Source: an uncultured Roseobacteraceae bacterium (lineage in GTDB: Bacteria > Pseudomonadota > Alphaproteobacteria > Rhodobacterales > Rhodobacteraceae). Taken from it: a stretch of DNA of 64,000 nt. Made by a program: the position numbers and the translations under genes. Positions 49,657-57,704 of this stretch are shown here, piece after piece (positions within the stretch are counted from its first letter, which is position 1; each line of letters begins with the position of its first letter). The notes under the pieces were generated by a model. The model made no database searches. It was given only the letters and a program-made list of their open reading frames with translations, and was not told the DNA's origin. The DNA lies in NCBI GenBank assembly GCA_964021915.1, contig CAXHZK010000013.1:18-64017 (forward strand), in the 5' to 3' direction.

Positions 49657-50466
49657 CTAGAAATCGACCGTTACACCGGGCAAATTCAACGCTTTGATCA
49701 GCTCGCGCAATTCTTGGCGGGCCGCAACATTTGAAATGTTCAGCCCCTTTACGCCCAGATCGCGAAGGTCAAGCAACGTCAGGCCGCGCGGAAACAGTTC
49801 ACGAAAAATGACCCGTTCGTTAAAGCCGGGTGCCGTGCGAAAACCAATCCGCTTGGCCAGCTTATCAATGACCCGTTCCATCTTTTCTTTGTTGATCATG
49901 GCCTGTGCACCCATACGGTTGCGCACAACGATCCAATCAATGGGCGAAAGTCCGGCTTGTGATCGTAACTGCCGCGCATTCCAAACCATTTCGGAATAGA
50001 CGGATGGTCCGGTGATTTCTTCACCGTCACTATCGACATGGGCCAACAGATCAAAATCGATAAAGCTGTCGTTCAACGGCGTGATCAACGTATCGGCCAG
50101 CGAATGCGCAACTTGGCTCAGGCGGGTGTGCGACCCGGGGCAGTCGATCAAGATAAAGTCATTTTCGGGCTCTAACCCGGTAACAGCCATTGATAGACGG
50201 TGGTCATAGGCGTTTTCACCGGGCCCAAGCATCGCTTGGTCGATTTCAGGTAAATCGTGATAGGATGGCGTCGGCAGATCAAGCCCCTCTGCCTGCAAAA
50301 ACGTGCGGCGGTTGCTAATATAGCGACCCATTGTCTTTTGACGCAGGTCCAAATCCAAACAGCCAACTTTGTGCCCCATACGCGAAAGGGCCGTTGCCAC
50401 ATGCATGGAAACGGTCGACTTGCCCGCTCCGCCTTTTTCGTTGCCTACGACGATAATATGCGCCAC
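49657..50466 (-). CDS. mipZ: Division plane positioning ATPase MipZ
   Basis: GNEKGGAGKST, DLDLRQ, IDCPG, TPLNDSFIDFD, ERVIFRELFPRGLT; GTG start. Confidence 0.95.
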   Translation of the reverse strand: MAHIIVVGNEKGGAGKSTVSMHVATALSRMGHKVGCLDLDLRQKTMGRYISNRRTFLQAEGLDLPTPSYHDLPEIDQAMLGPGENAYDHRLSMAVTGLEPENDFILIDCPGSHTRLSQVAHSLADTLITPLNDSFIDFDLLAHVDSDGEEITGPSVYSEMVWNARQLRSQAGLSPIDWIVVRNRMGAQAMINKEKMERVIDKLAKRIGFRTAPGFNERVIFRELFPRGLTLLDLRDLGVKGLNISNVAARQELRELIKALNLPGVTVDF

Positions 50467-50563
50467 TGGATTGCCCTTCGATGCGTTTGTTTCGCCTTCT
50501 ATATGCTGCCCTGCAGCCAAGTAAAAGCATCGCCTCGCGGCAGCTTTCATTTTCTGGCTCGGG

Positions 50564-50776
50564 TTGACAGGGCTGCAACAAACCACCATGTGCACCTCAA
50601 CCGACCGCATCCTGCCGCGTGAGCAGTGCGCGTGACGCGCTACACGGTCGATGACACAGGTTTCCCAATTCACGCAGGGGGTCCAGCGCCAATGTTGGCG
50701 CGACTACTGCAACCCGTGGGCGCATGATGCGCCCATACCGCTATGCGTGGGGGAAACCCTGCGCGGAAAGAATACT
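50564..50776 (+). promoter_or_regulatory. TTGACA promoter and long structured 5' leader of the DEAD-box helicase
   Basis: TTGACA at 50564-50569; hairpins at 50686-50701, 50717-50735 and around the GAAA loop at 50750-50759. Confidence 0.55.
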
Positions 50777-52078
50777 ATGGATTTTGATATGCTGGGCCTC
50801 GCGCCCCGTCTTGTTGAGAAATTAAAAGAACAAGGCATCACCGAACCAACGCCAATCCAAACCCAAGCAATCCCGCATGCCATGAATGGCCGCGATGTCA
50901 TGGGTTTGGCGCAAACTGGCACGGGCAAGACGGCGGCATTTGGCCTGCCGATGATTGACGCGTTGATGAAGGCAGGCGTAAAGCCAAGCCCCAAAACAGC
51001 GCGCGGTCTGATCCTCGCGCCAACACGCGAACTTGCAAAACAGATCGCTGATAACCTCACCAACTACACCAAGGGCAGCCACCTCAAAGTGGCGCTTGTT
51101 GTCGGTGGCGCGGGTATCGTTGCCCAAACAAAACGCCTGCAAAACGGTGTCGACCTGTTGGTCGCAACACCTGGTCGCTTGATCGACCTGATCGATCGCA
51201 AGGCCGTCCGCTTGAACGAAACGATCTATCTTGTGCTCGATGAGGCGGATCAAATGCTCGACATGGGCTTTATCCATGCCCTGCGCCAAATCGCACCACT
51301 TTTGGCGAAGCCACGCCAGACAATGATGTTCTCTGCGACAATGCCAAAATTGATGGCGGAACTCGCGAGCACTTATCTGGATGATCCGGTTCGCGTTCAG
51401 GTGAACCCTCCGGGCATGGCGGTCAAAAAGATTAACCAGTCATTGCACTATGTGGCCCAAGCGGCGAAATCCGATCTGCTGGTTGAACTGCTCGACGGCC
51501 ACCGAGAAGAGCTTGCTCTGGTCTTTGGGCGCACAAAGCATGGCTGTGAAAAGCTCTACAAATTCCTTGAAAAAAAGGGATTTGCCGCGGCTTCCATCCA
51601 CGGCAACAAATCACAAGGCCAACGAGAACGGGCCATCACTGCCTTTAAGGCAGGCAAGGTTCGCGTGCTTGTCGCTACAGACGTCGCGGCCCGCGGGATT
51701 GATATTCCCGGTGTGCGCCACGTCTATAACTATGATCTGCCGAACGTCCCTGAAAACTACGTCCACCGTATCGGCCGCACCGCGCGTGCTGGCGCCGAAG
51801 GTTCAGCCGTTGCATTTTGCGCACCTGATGAGATCGTCGATCTTAAGGATATCGAAAAAGCGATGAAAGAAAGCATCCCTGTCGCGTCAGGCCGCGAATG
51901 GGAAATTATGCCCGGTCAGAAAAAGCGCCCCAATGGTGGCGGCGGCGGTGGCCGTGGACGCGGTGCACCTCGCAATGGCGGTGGCGGCAAACCTGGCGGT
52001 GGACGTCCGGGTGGCGGAAAGCCCGGCGGCGGTAAACCCGGCGGTGGTGGACAGCGTCGCCGCAAACCACGCGGTTAA
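50777..52078 (+). CDS. rhlE: DEAD-box RNA helicase (RhlE-like) with Gly/Lys/Arg-rich tail
   Basis: Q motif, GTGKT, PTRELA, DEAD, SAT, ATDVAARGID, HRIGRTAR. Confidence 0.9.
   Translation: MDFDMLGLAPRLVEKLKEQGITEPTPIQTQAIPHAMNGRDVMGLAQTGTGKTAAFGLPMIDALMKAGVKPSPKTARGLILAPTRELAKQIADNLTNYTKGSHLKVALVVGGAGIVAQTKRLQNGVDLLVATPGRLIDLIDRKAVRLNETIYLVLDEADQMLDMGFIHALRQIAPLLAKPRQTMMFSATMPKLMAELASTYLDDPVRVQVNPPGMAVKKINQSLHYVAQAAKSDLLVELLDGHREELALVFGRTKHGCEKLYKFLEKKGFAAASIHGNKSQGQRERAITAFKAGKVRVLVATDVAARGIDIPGVRHVYNYDLPNVPENYVHRIGRTARAGAEGSAVAFCAPDEIVDLKDIEKAMKESIPVASGREWEIMPGQKKRPNGGGGGGRGRGAPRNGGGGKPGGGRPGGGKPGGGKPGGGGQRRRKPRG
51980..52051 (+). repeat. 15-nt coding tandem repeat (GGGKP/GGGRP x4)
   Basis: ggtggcggcaaacct ggcggtggacgtccg ggtggcggaaagccc ggcggcggtaaaccc. 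Confidence 0.8.
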
Positions 52079-52680
52079 TCCCCAATCAGGTCTTTCGGCG
52101 TGAGCACAGGCGGGACGTCAAACCCGTTCCGCCAACATACCAAACATAACACCGGATCAGTCCCCGTTTCCATCGCGTGGGGCTGATTGCTTTTGTGAAA
52201 ACTCGTATCACCGGATTGGAGCCATTCATCAGGCTCCCCCTCGCGCATAAAACGCGCCGTGCCGCCAACGACAATATACATTTCTTCGGCAGGGTGGTGG
52301 TGCCACGTATAATAAAGATGGGCCGGCATATAGACCATCCACATCCAAAGCGAGCTGCTGTTGAATGGCCCTCCCGCCCCGATGATCGAATAACAACCGA
52401 ACCGATCCAAGAAATCCTGCCCGATATCAGTGCCCTTATAAGTTTCCCGCCAATGCCCGTGTGGGCCTGCCTCAACAATCGCGTCGCGTAGGGCAGGGCG
52501 GTTGCTGGGCATGGCTGCGTCTGCCTGCAGAAGAGGCAAACTAGGTGTGTGAAATACGGGCACATCTTGTGGGTGGGTGTCTCGCGGAAATGGCGCAAAC
52601 AATAGCGCATCGGGGTTTTCGCAATAGGCGGTTTCCGCCTCTTTCAATAACGTGGCATAGCTTGTATTTGCGTCGGCCAT
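52075..52680 (-). CDS. dddQ: DMSP lyase, DddQ-type cupin
   Basis: WRETY..DIGQDFLDRFGCY, YMPAHLYYTWHHHPAEEMY, FHKSNQPHA, LVCWR: the pattern I recall for DddQ. Confidence 0.8.
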   Translation of the reverse strand: MADANTSYATLLKEAETAYCENPDALLFAPFPRDTHPQDVPVFHTPSLPLLQADAAMPSNRPALRDAIVEAGPHGHWRETYKGTDIGQDFLDRFGCYSIIGAGGPFNSSSLWMWMVYMPAHLYYTWHHHPAEEMYIVVGGTARFMREGEPDEWLQSGDTSFHKSNQPHAMETGTDPVLCLVCWRNGFDVPPVLTPKDLIGD

Positions 52681-52852
52681 AACAACACCTCTTTGCATTA
52701 TGCATTCAGTTTGTCGTTATTGCACCGTAGGTTCTTTGCTTTTGCCGACATGAAGCATGCCGCAAAAGAGGAGAGCAGCCAGATTGTCACGTAATCCCAC
52801 CACACGCCTCACCCAACGGAAATCGCGCAGGCGGCGGTCACATTAGGAGCGT

Positions 52853-54187
52853 TTACTTATTCGATGCGAGCGCTTGATGAAATGCCTCAAACGATGCTTT
52901 TGGCGTTCTCTTTTGGGTCTCATAGTCAACGTGCACCAGGCCAAAACGCTTTTCATACCCAAGCGCCCACTCGAAGTTATCCAACAGCGACCATCCGAAA
53001 TACCCCTGCATTGGCACCCCATCCGCAATGCAGCGCAAGACGGCCTGTAAGTGATCGTCAAAATATTTCACGCGTACCGGATCGTCGCAGCGGCCATCCA
53101 CAACGCTATCGTCGTTTGCCATACCATTCTCTGTGACCATCAGTGGCAAATCACCGGTGTATTCCGCGTGCACCCGCTTTAGCAGCATCTCAAGCCCTTG
53201 CGGATAAATCTCCCAACCCATCTGCGTCTTGGGCAGCGGGCCTTCGGTTTCCTGCATATGCGGCCACGGCTGATCCGGCATCGCTGTGATAAGTCCACGC
53301 GTATAATAATTGATCCCTAGCCAATCCATCGGCTGACCGATCGTCGCCAGATCATCCTCATACCCATCAGGCATATGCTGCCCCACAGCACTGATCATAT
53401 CTTCGGGATAGTGCCCCTTAAAAAGGCTATCCATGAACCATCGGGTTTGGATCGCGTCAAAGGCTTTGGTCGCGGTGATGTCCGCTGGTGTATCGGTTGC
53501 CGGTTCGCCATGACCAAGGTTCAGAACAATCCCGAGGTTCTTCTGCCCATGTTCGCGCATGACATCCATCGCATTGCCGTGTGCCAGTTGGATGTGATGC
53601 ATCGCCCGCATTGCCGCACGAATATCACGCAAGCCGGGGGCGTGGCCGCCCAGAAAATGCGACAGCCAAGCCACACACCAAGGCTCATTGATCGTGGCAA
53701 CACGTTCCACGCGATCACCGATCCGCTCGATCACCGCGCGGGTCATATCAGCAAAGCGCACCGGTGTTTCACGATTGGCCCAACCGCCAATGTCCGCCAT
53801 CGCCGACGGCAGTTCCCAATGGTAAAGCGTCAGGTTCGGATTAAGCCCGCGTTCCACAATCGCGTCTACCAAACGGTCATAATAATCTAACCCTTCGGGG
53901 TTCACGGTCTTCCCGTCCGGCATCACCCTCGCCCATGACGTTGAAAAACGATAGGAATCGAACCCGCCAGATTTGATGATGTCTAAGTCGTCCTCAAAAC
54001 GGTGGTAATGGTCGCAGGCGATTGAGCCGTCGTCATTGCCCACCACATTTCCGGGTGTGGCCGACCACGTGTCCCAATGGCATGATCCGCAATTCCCGAA
54101 CTTTGACCCTTCGATCTGATAGGCCGCCGTAGCTGCGCCGAATTGAAAGTTTTTGGGAAAGTCTTGGCGGGTAAAGCGAAAGCTCAT
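52853..54187 (-). CDS. GH1 beta-glucosidase
   Basis: ATAAYQIEG, YRFSTSWAR, TINEPW, VTENG, SLLDNFEWA. Confidence 0.96.
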   Translation of the reverse strand: MSFRFTRQDFPKNFQFGAATAAYQIEGSKFGNCGSCHWDTWSATPGNVVGNDDGSIACDHYHRFEDDLDIIKSGGFDSYRFSTSWARVMPDGKTVNPEGLDYYDRLVDAIVERGLNPNLTLYHWELPSAMADIGGWANRETPVRFADMTRAVIERIGDRVERVATINEPWCVAWLSHFLGGHAPGLRDIRAAMRAMHHIQLAHGNAMDVMREHGQKNLGIVLNLGHGEPATDTPADITATKAFDAIQTRWFMDSLFKGHYPEDMISAVGQHMPDGYEDDLATIGQPMDWLGINYYTRGLITAMPDQPWPHMQETEGPLPKTQMGWEIYPQGLEMLLKRVHAEYTGDLPLMVTENGMANDDSVVDGRCDDPVRVKYFDDHLQAVLRCIADGVPMQGYFGWSLLDNFEWALGYEKRFGLVHVDYETQKRTPKASFEAFHQALASNK

Positions 54188-54568
54188 ATCGGATCCTTAG
54201 GTGCATCATTTAGATGCCCTATCGAACATACAACCACGACTCTGGTCCAGCCCCATTTCATTGCGATCGAAATCTCCTAGGCACACTCGCTTTCTTTAGA
54301 TCGGCACCGTGAGTGTGATGGGGCTTATCGTCAGAAAATACCCGTACAAAAAAGGGGCCAAAATATCGAAGCCGGCGCTCCCTTTTCCCTTTGCTTTTGG
54401 AGCCCAACCGCACAGCTTCAGTTGTCGATTCCACCAAGCTCACAACCCCTAGGTTAGTTGGGTTTCAATTGGGGCCAAACTGTGTCTGGAAATCGGGCAA
54501 TTTTTCGACAAAATGATGTAAAATTCATTAAAAATTAATATTTTCAATAGGTTAAAATCATGACCCAA

Positions 54569-54596
54569 CGTCACATTGGAAAGATCAAATGTGACG
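54569..54596. promoter_or_regulatory. Palindromic operator candidate upstream of the tviB-like operon
   Basis: CGTCACATT-N10-AATGTGACG, perfect 9-bp arms in an AT-rich intergenic stretch. Confidence 0.6.
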
Positions 54597-54668
54597 ATAT
54601 TTATTCAAATTGCGGACACATTTCATTCGTAAACCTTGCTCAACGGTATGAGAAAAAGGAACGACGCT

Positions 54669-56039
54669 GTGAATATTATGCTAGACAATGGCTGCCACCA
54701 TTTCGAAGCGGCAACACCAGTAAAAAGTAACATCCGCCTTGTTTCGGACAACAATGCTAAAAAAGCAAAGTTCGAGAACATCGCAATCATTGGTTTGGGT
54801 TATGTGGGATTGCCACTCGCTGTTTGTTTAGCAGACAAATTCGAAGATGTACGCGGCGTTGATATCTCTGAGCGGCGTGTTGGCGAAATCAAAAACGGTT
54901 TCGACTCTACGAATGAGATCAGCAAATCCGAGCTTGAGACTTCTGGACTTTCCGTCAGCACCGATATGTCGACGTTAACGAACGCGTCTTTTTATGTAGT
55001 GACCGTACCGACACCTATTACCGACAGCCACCAGCCTGACCTTTCTCCTTTGCAGTCCGCATGCGACATGATCGGACCATACCTCAAGCGTGGCGATGTC
55101 GTTGTGTTTGAATCAACCGTTTACCCCGGCGTCACAGAAGATTTCTGTGCTCCTATTTTGGAAAAGCACTCTGGCCTAAAAGCAGGCGAACAATTTGGTT
55201 TGGGATATAGCCCAGAGCGGATTAACCCTGGCGACAAGGTGAATACAGTTCAAAACGTGATCAAGATTGTTTCCGGTGACACTCCAGAGACGCTCGAGCG
55301 TGTAAAAGCAGTTTATAACACTGTCATCAAAGCAGGCCTTCACTCTGCAACCAGCATCAAAGTTGCTGAAGCGGCTAAGGTTTTGGAAAATACACAGCGT
55401 GACATCAACATTGCATTGATGAACGAAATGTCGATGATTTGCGACAAAATCGGCGTAGATACCCGTTCCGTTATCGAAGCTGCCGATACAAAGTGGAATT
55501 TTGTGCCATTCACACCTGGTTTGGTCGGCGGACACTGCATCGGTGTCGACCCATATTACCTTGCTTCACTTGCTGATAAGGTTGGCCACCACCCGCAGGT
55601 TATCCTTGCTGGTCGCCGGACAAATGATGGCATGGTTGGCCACATCGGTGACGCTGTTATGCGCCGTATGATTGAAACTGGTAAGCCTATGCGCGATCTT
55701 CGGATTGGTATTTTCGGCGTCACTTTCAAGGAAAATGTGCCAGACATTCGCAATTCTAAATCTGCTGAGCTTGTTGAAACAATCAAGGGTTACGGTCTGT
55801 CACCGATGGTACACGACGCTCATTGTTCGGCTGATGTTGCCAAGATGGTCAACATCGACCTGACATCCCAAGACGAGATGGGCGACTTGGATGTTATGAT
55901 CCTTGCAACGCCACATGCGGAATATTCCAACGATCCTAAATTCTTGGACCACCTGCGTAAGGGCGGCATCTTTATTGATGTGCGTGGTGTATATCGGAAT
56001 GATGCGCGCGCTGAAGATTTCGTGTACTGGTGCCTTTAA
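54669..56039 (+). CDS. tviB: UDP-N-acetylglucosamine 6-dehydrogenase (TviB/WbpO/CapL class)
   Basis: GLGYVGLP, TVPTP, ESTVYPG, YSPERINPGD, KVLENTQRD, GGHCIGVDPYYL, TFKENVPDIRNS; GTG after an AGGA RBS (ATG 54678 alternative). Confidence 0.85.
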   Translation: MNIMLDNGCHHFEAATPVKSNIRLVSDNNAKKAKFENIAIIGLGYVGLPLAVCLADKFEDVRGVDISERRVGEIKNGFDSTNEISKSELETSGLSVSTDMSTLTNASFYVVTVPTPITDSHQPDLSPLQSACDMIGPYLKRGDVVVFESTVYPGVTEDFCAPILEKHSGLKAGEQFGLGYSPERINPGDKVNTVQNVIKIVSGDTPETLERVKAVYNTVIKAGLHSATSIKVAEAAKVLENTQRDINIALMNEMSMICDKIGVDTRSVIEAADTKWNFVPFTPGLVGGHCIGVDPYYLASLADKVGHHPQVILAGRRTNDGMVGHIGDAVMRRMIETGKPMRDLRIGIFGVTFKENVPDIRNSKSAELVETIKGYGLSPMVHDAHCSADVAKMVNIDLTSQDEMGDLDVMILATPHAEYSNDPKFLDHLRKGGIFIDVRGVYRNDARAEDFVYWCL

Positions 56040-56057
56040 ACAAAAGGTATTGGGAAC

Positions 56058-57701
56058 ATGTTTGCTATTACGCCGATCGGGTCTTGTCGTATCACGACCC
56101 CGCTTAAACGCGGACAAGAGAAATTTGGCTTCCATCTCAACATGGATCGTTGCTACGGCTACTGTCATTCACCGGCAGAGGCTGTTCAAATGGCAAGGTT
56201 CATGTTGGGGGAAATCTCTATTCCGGCTGATGTTTGGCCGCTGGTATCACGTTCGCATACCCTTTCTGCCGCCGAAGCCACCTTTCATTCACTATCTAAC
56301 TTATATGTTGTTGAGCTTGCCTCAGCAAAAGAAGTTACCGTCGACGGCGTATCCGTTCAGCTGAACTATCTAAATTCTGCATTTTCGGCGTTTTTTGCCG
56401 ACAAAACGCGCGCACAAGTTTTTTGGGATCTCGCCGAAAACGGATCTGACGATAAAAAAGCCCAATTTTTGGCGGCTGAATGGTCAGCAACGCCTGAACA
56501 GATCGCCGATGCTCAGATGCTTCAACGCCTAAAGATGAAGCGGGTTACGCAAGAGAGCCTTGAGCGTGATCTCTTGGTTCTCAAACAATTGCTTCCCAAT
56601 TTACTGGTTGTGTCTCACGTGAATGCCTGCAAACCAGATGGTCGCGCAATTGCATCTCGTTCCCAATTTATTGACATGGTTTTTGAGGCCACGAATGCCG
56701 TTCAGGTACCGTTTGATAACCCAACGCAGCTGATGGACGTCTATGGCCAAGCATTCGCAATCGAAGATGAGAGCACTGGATTGGCTCATTTTACGGATGA
56801 ATTCGGCGCCGCACTTATGCAGCATTGGGTTCGGACGTTTGTCGCGCCGTTAGACAGCGGTGTAGGGATAATCGAAAAAAGTACGACTGAAGCCTTCGAT
56901 CAAGCGGTTTCCGACGCACTTGGCGGTGCGTTTGATGAATTTACGAATTCATCATTGTTAATGCAGGCCGGGGATCTGGGAGCATTTGATCAGGCGCAAA
57001 AACTGGCTGAACAACGAACCGTTTCAATGCCAAAGTTTCTCGCGATGCCATTGGCTAAGCAAGCGGCAGATCAAGGTAATTTTGAAGCGGCGCTCGCGTT
57101 TGCAGCACCATTTTTGCAGCAAAATGATACCGCTGCAGTGCGCTTGTCAGTGATTATTTGGCACAAAATGCGTGGTCTTTCCATTGACATGAATGCCGAC
57201 CTGGATGCCATAATTGAAAGTTGGAGCGCCACGACAGCGGATTGCGCCGAGCTAAATCAGCGAATTTCTGACCTTGATATGATTCTTCGGATCAAGCCCA
57301 AGCACGGCCCGACGCGCCGCGCGATGCAGGCTGCGAGAAAAGAACTGGTTACGATTATCCGCGAGGCTGGAGCGAACCGCGATCTTGCCACTTTGGACGG
57401 GTTGGCGCCGTTTGTTGATTCGCTCCAAACGACCGTGGCGGACCTAAGTCTTTGGCGTGCTCGGGTTAATTTCCAGCTGGGTTTTGACGAAGCGGCGTTG
57501 AAAATTGGACAACAGGCAGTTGCTGAACTTCCCGATAACATTAATTTATGGGTGCTTCTTATGCGCGCGGCCAAGCGTTCATCGGAGCAAGAAAAGTCGC
57601 TACATTTCGCAAAAAATGTTGTGCGGTTGGCAAAGCCAGAGAATGAAAACCTACGCATCGAGGCGCAAACTGTGTTAGACGGAAGTTCAATAGGTGCGTA
57701 A
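56058..57701 (+). CDS. tviD: TviD-like polysaccharide O-acetyltransferase (SGNH-type N-domain, helical/TPR-like C-domain)
   Basis: MFAITPIGSCRITTP, YGYCHSPAEA, VELASAK, QLNYL, SHVNA, SRSQFI, NPTQLMDVYGQ and LAHFTDEFG parallel the S. Typhi TviD N-terminus as I recall it. Confidence 0.72.
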   Translation: MFAITPIGSCRITTPLKRGQEKFGFHLNMDRCYGYCHSPAEAVQMARFMLGEISIPADVWPLVSRSHTLSAAEATFHSLSNLYVVELASAKEVTVDGVSVQLNYLNSAFSAFFADKTRAQVFWDLAENGSDDKKAQFLAAEWSATPEQIADAQMLQRLKMKRVTQESLERDLLVLKQLLPNLLVVSHVNACKPDGRAIASRSQFIDMVFEATNAVQVPFDNPTQLMDVYGQAFAIEDESTGLAHFTDEFGAALMQHWVRTFVAPLDSGVGIIEKSTTEAFDQAVSDALGGAFDEFTNSSLLMQAGDLGAFDQAQKLAEQRTVSMPKFLAMPLAKQAADQGNFEAALAFAAPFLQQNDTAAVRLSVIIWHKMRGLSIDMNADLDAIIESWSATTADCAELNQRISDLDMILRIKPKHGPTRRAMQAARKELVTIIREAGANRDLATLDGLAPFVDSLQTTVADLSLWRARVNFQLGFDEAALKIGQQAVAELPDNINLWVLLMRAAKRSSEQEKSLHFAKNVVRLAKPENENLRIEAQTVLDGSSIGA

Positions 57702-57704
57702 GCC

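Noticed and set aside
49657-50673. Long N-terminal extensions in the ORF track for mipZ (also leuC, ggt, rhlE, gltS-like, DMG dehydrogenase-like, arfB)
   Set aside because: Downstream starts with an RBS match the expected family N-termini; the extensions are open-frame artefacts.
54258-54443. 61-aa minus-strand ORF upstream of the GH1 gene
   Set aside because: No RBS or motif; more likely promoter or leader sequence.
54528-54555. CtrA site (TTAA-N7-TTAA) in the tviB promoter, also checked near 43680 and 5362
   Set aside because: TTAA spacings are 3 and 13 nt here, and no second half-site is correctly placed at the others.
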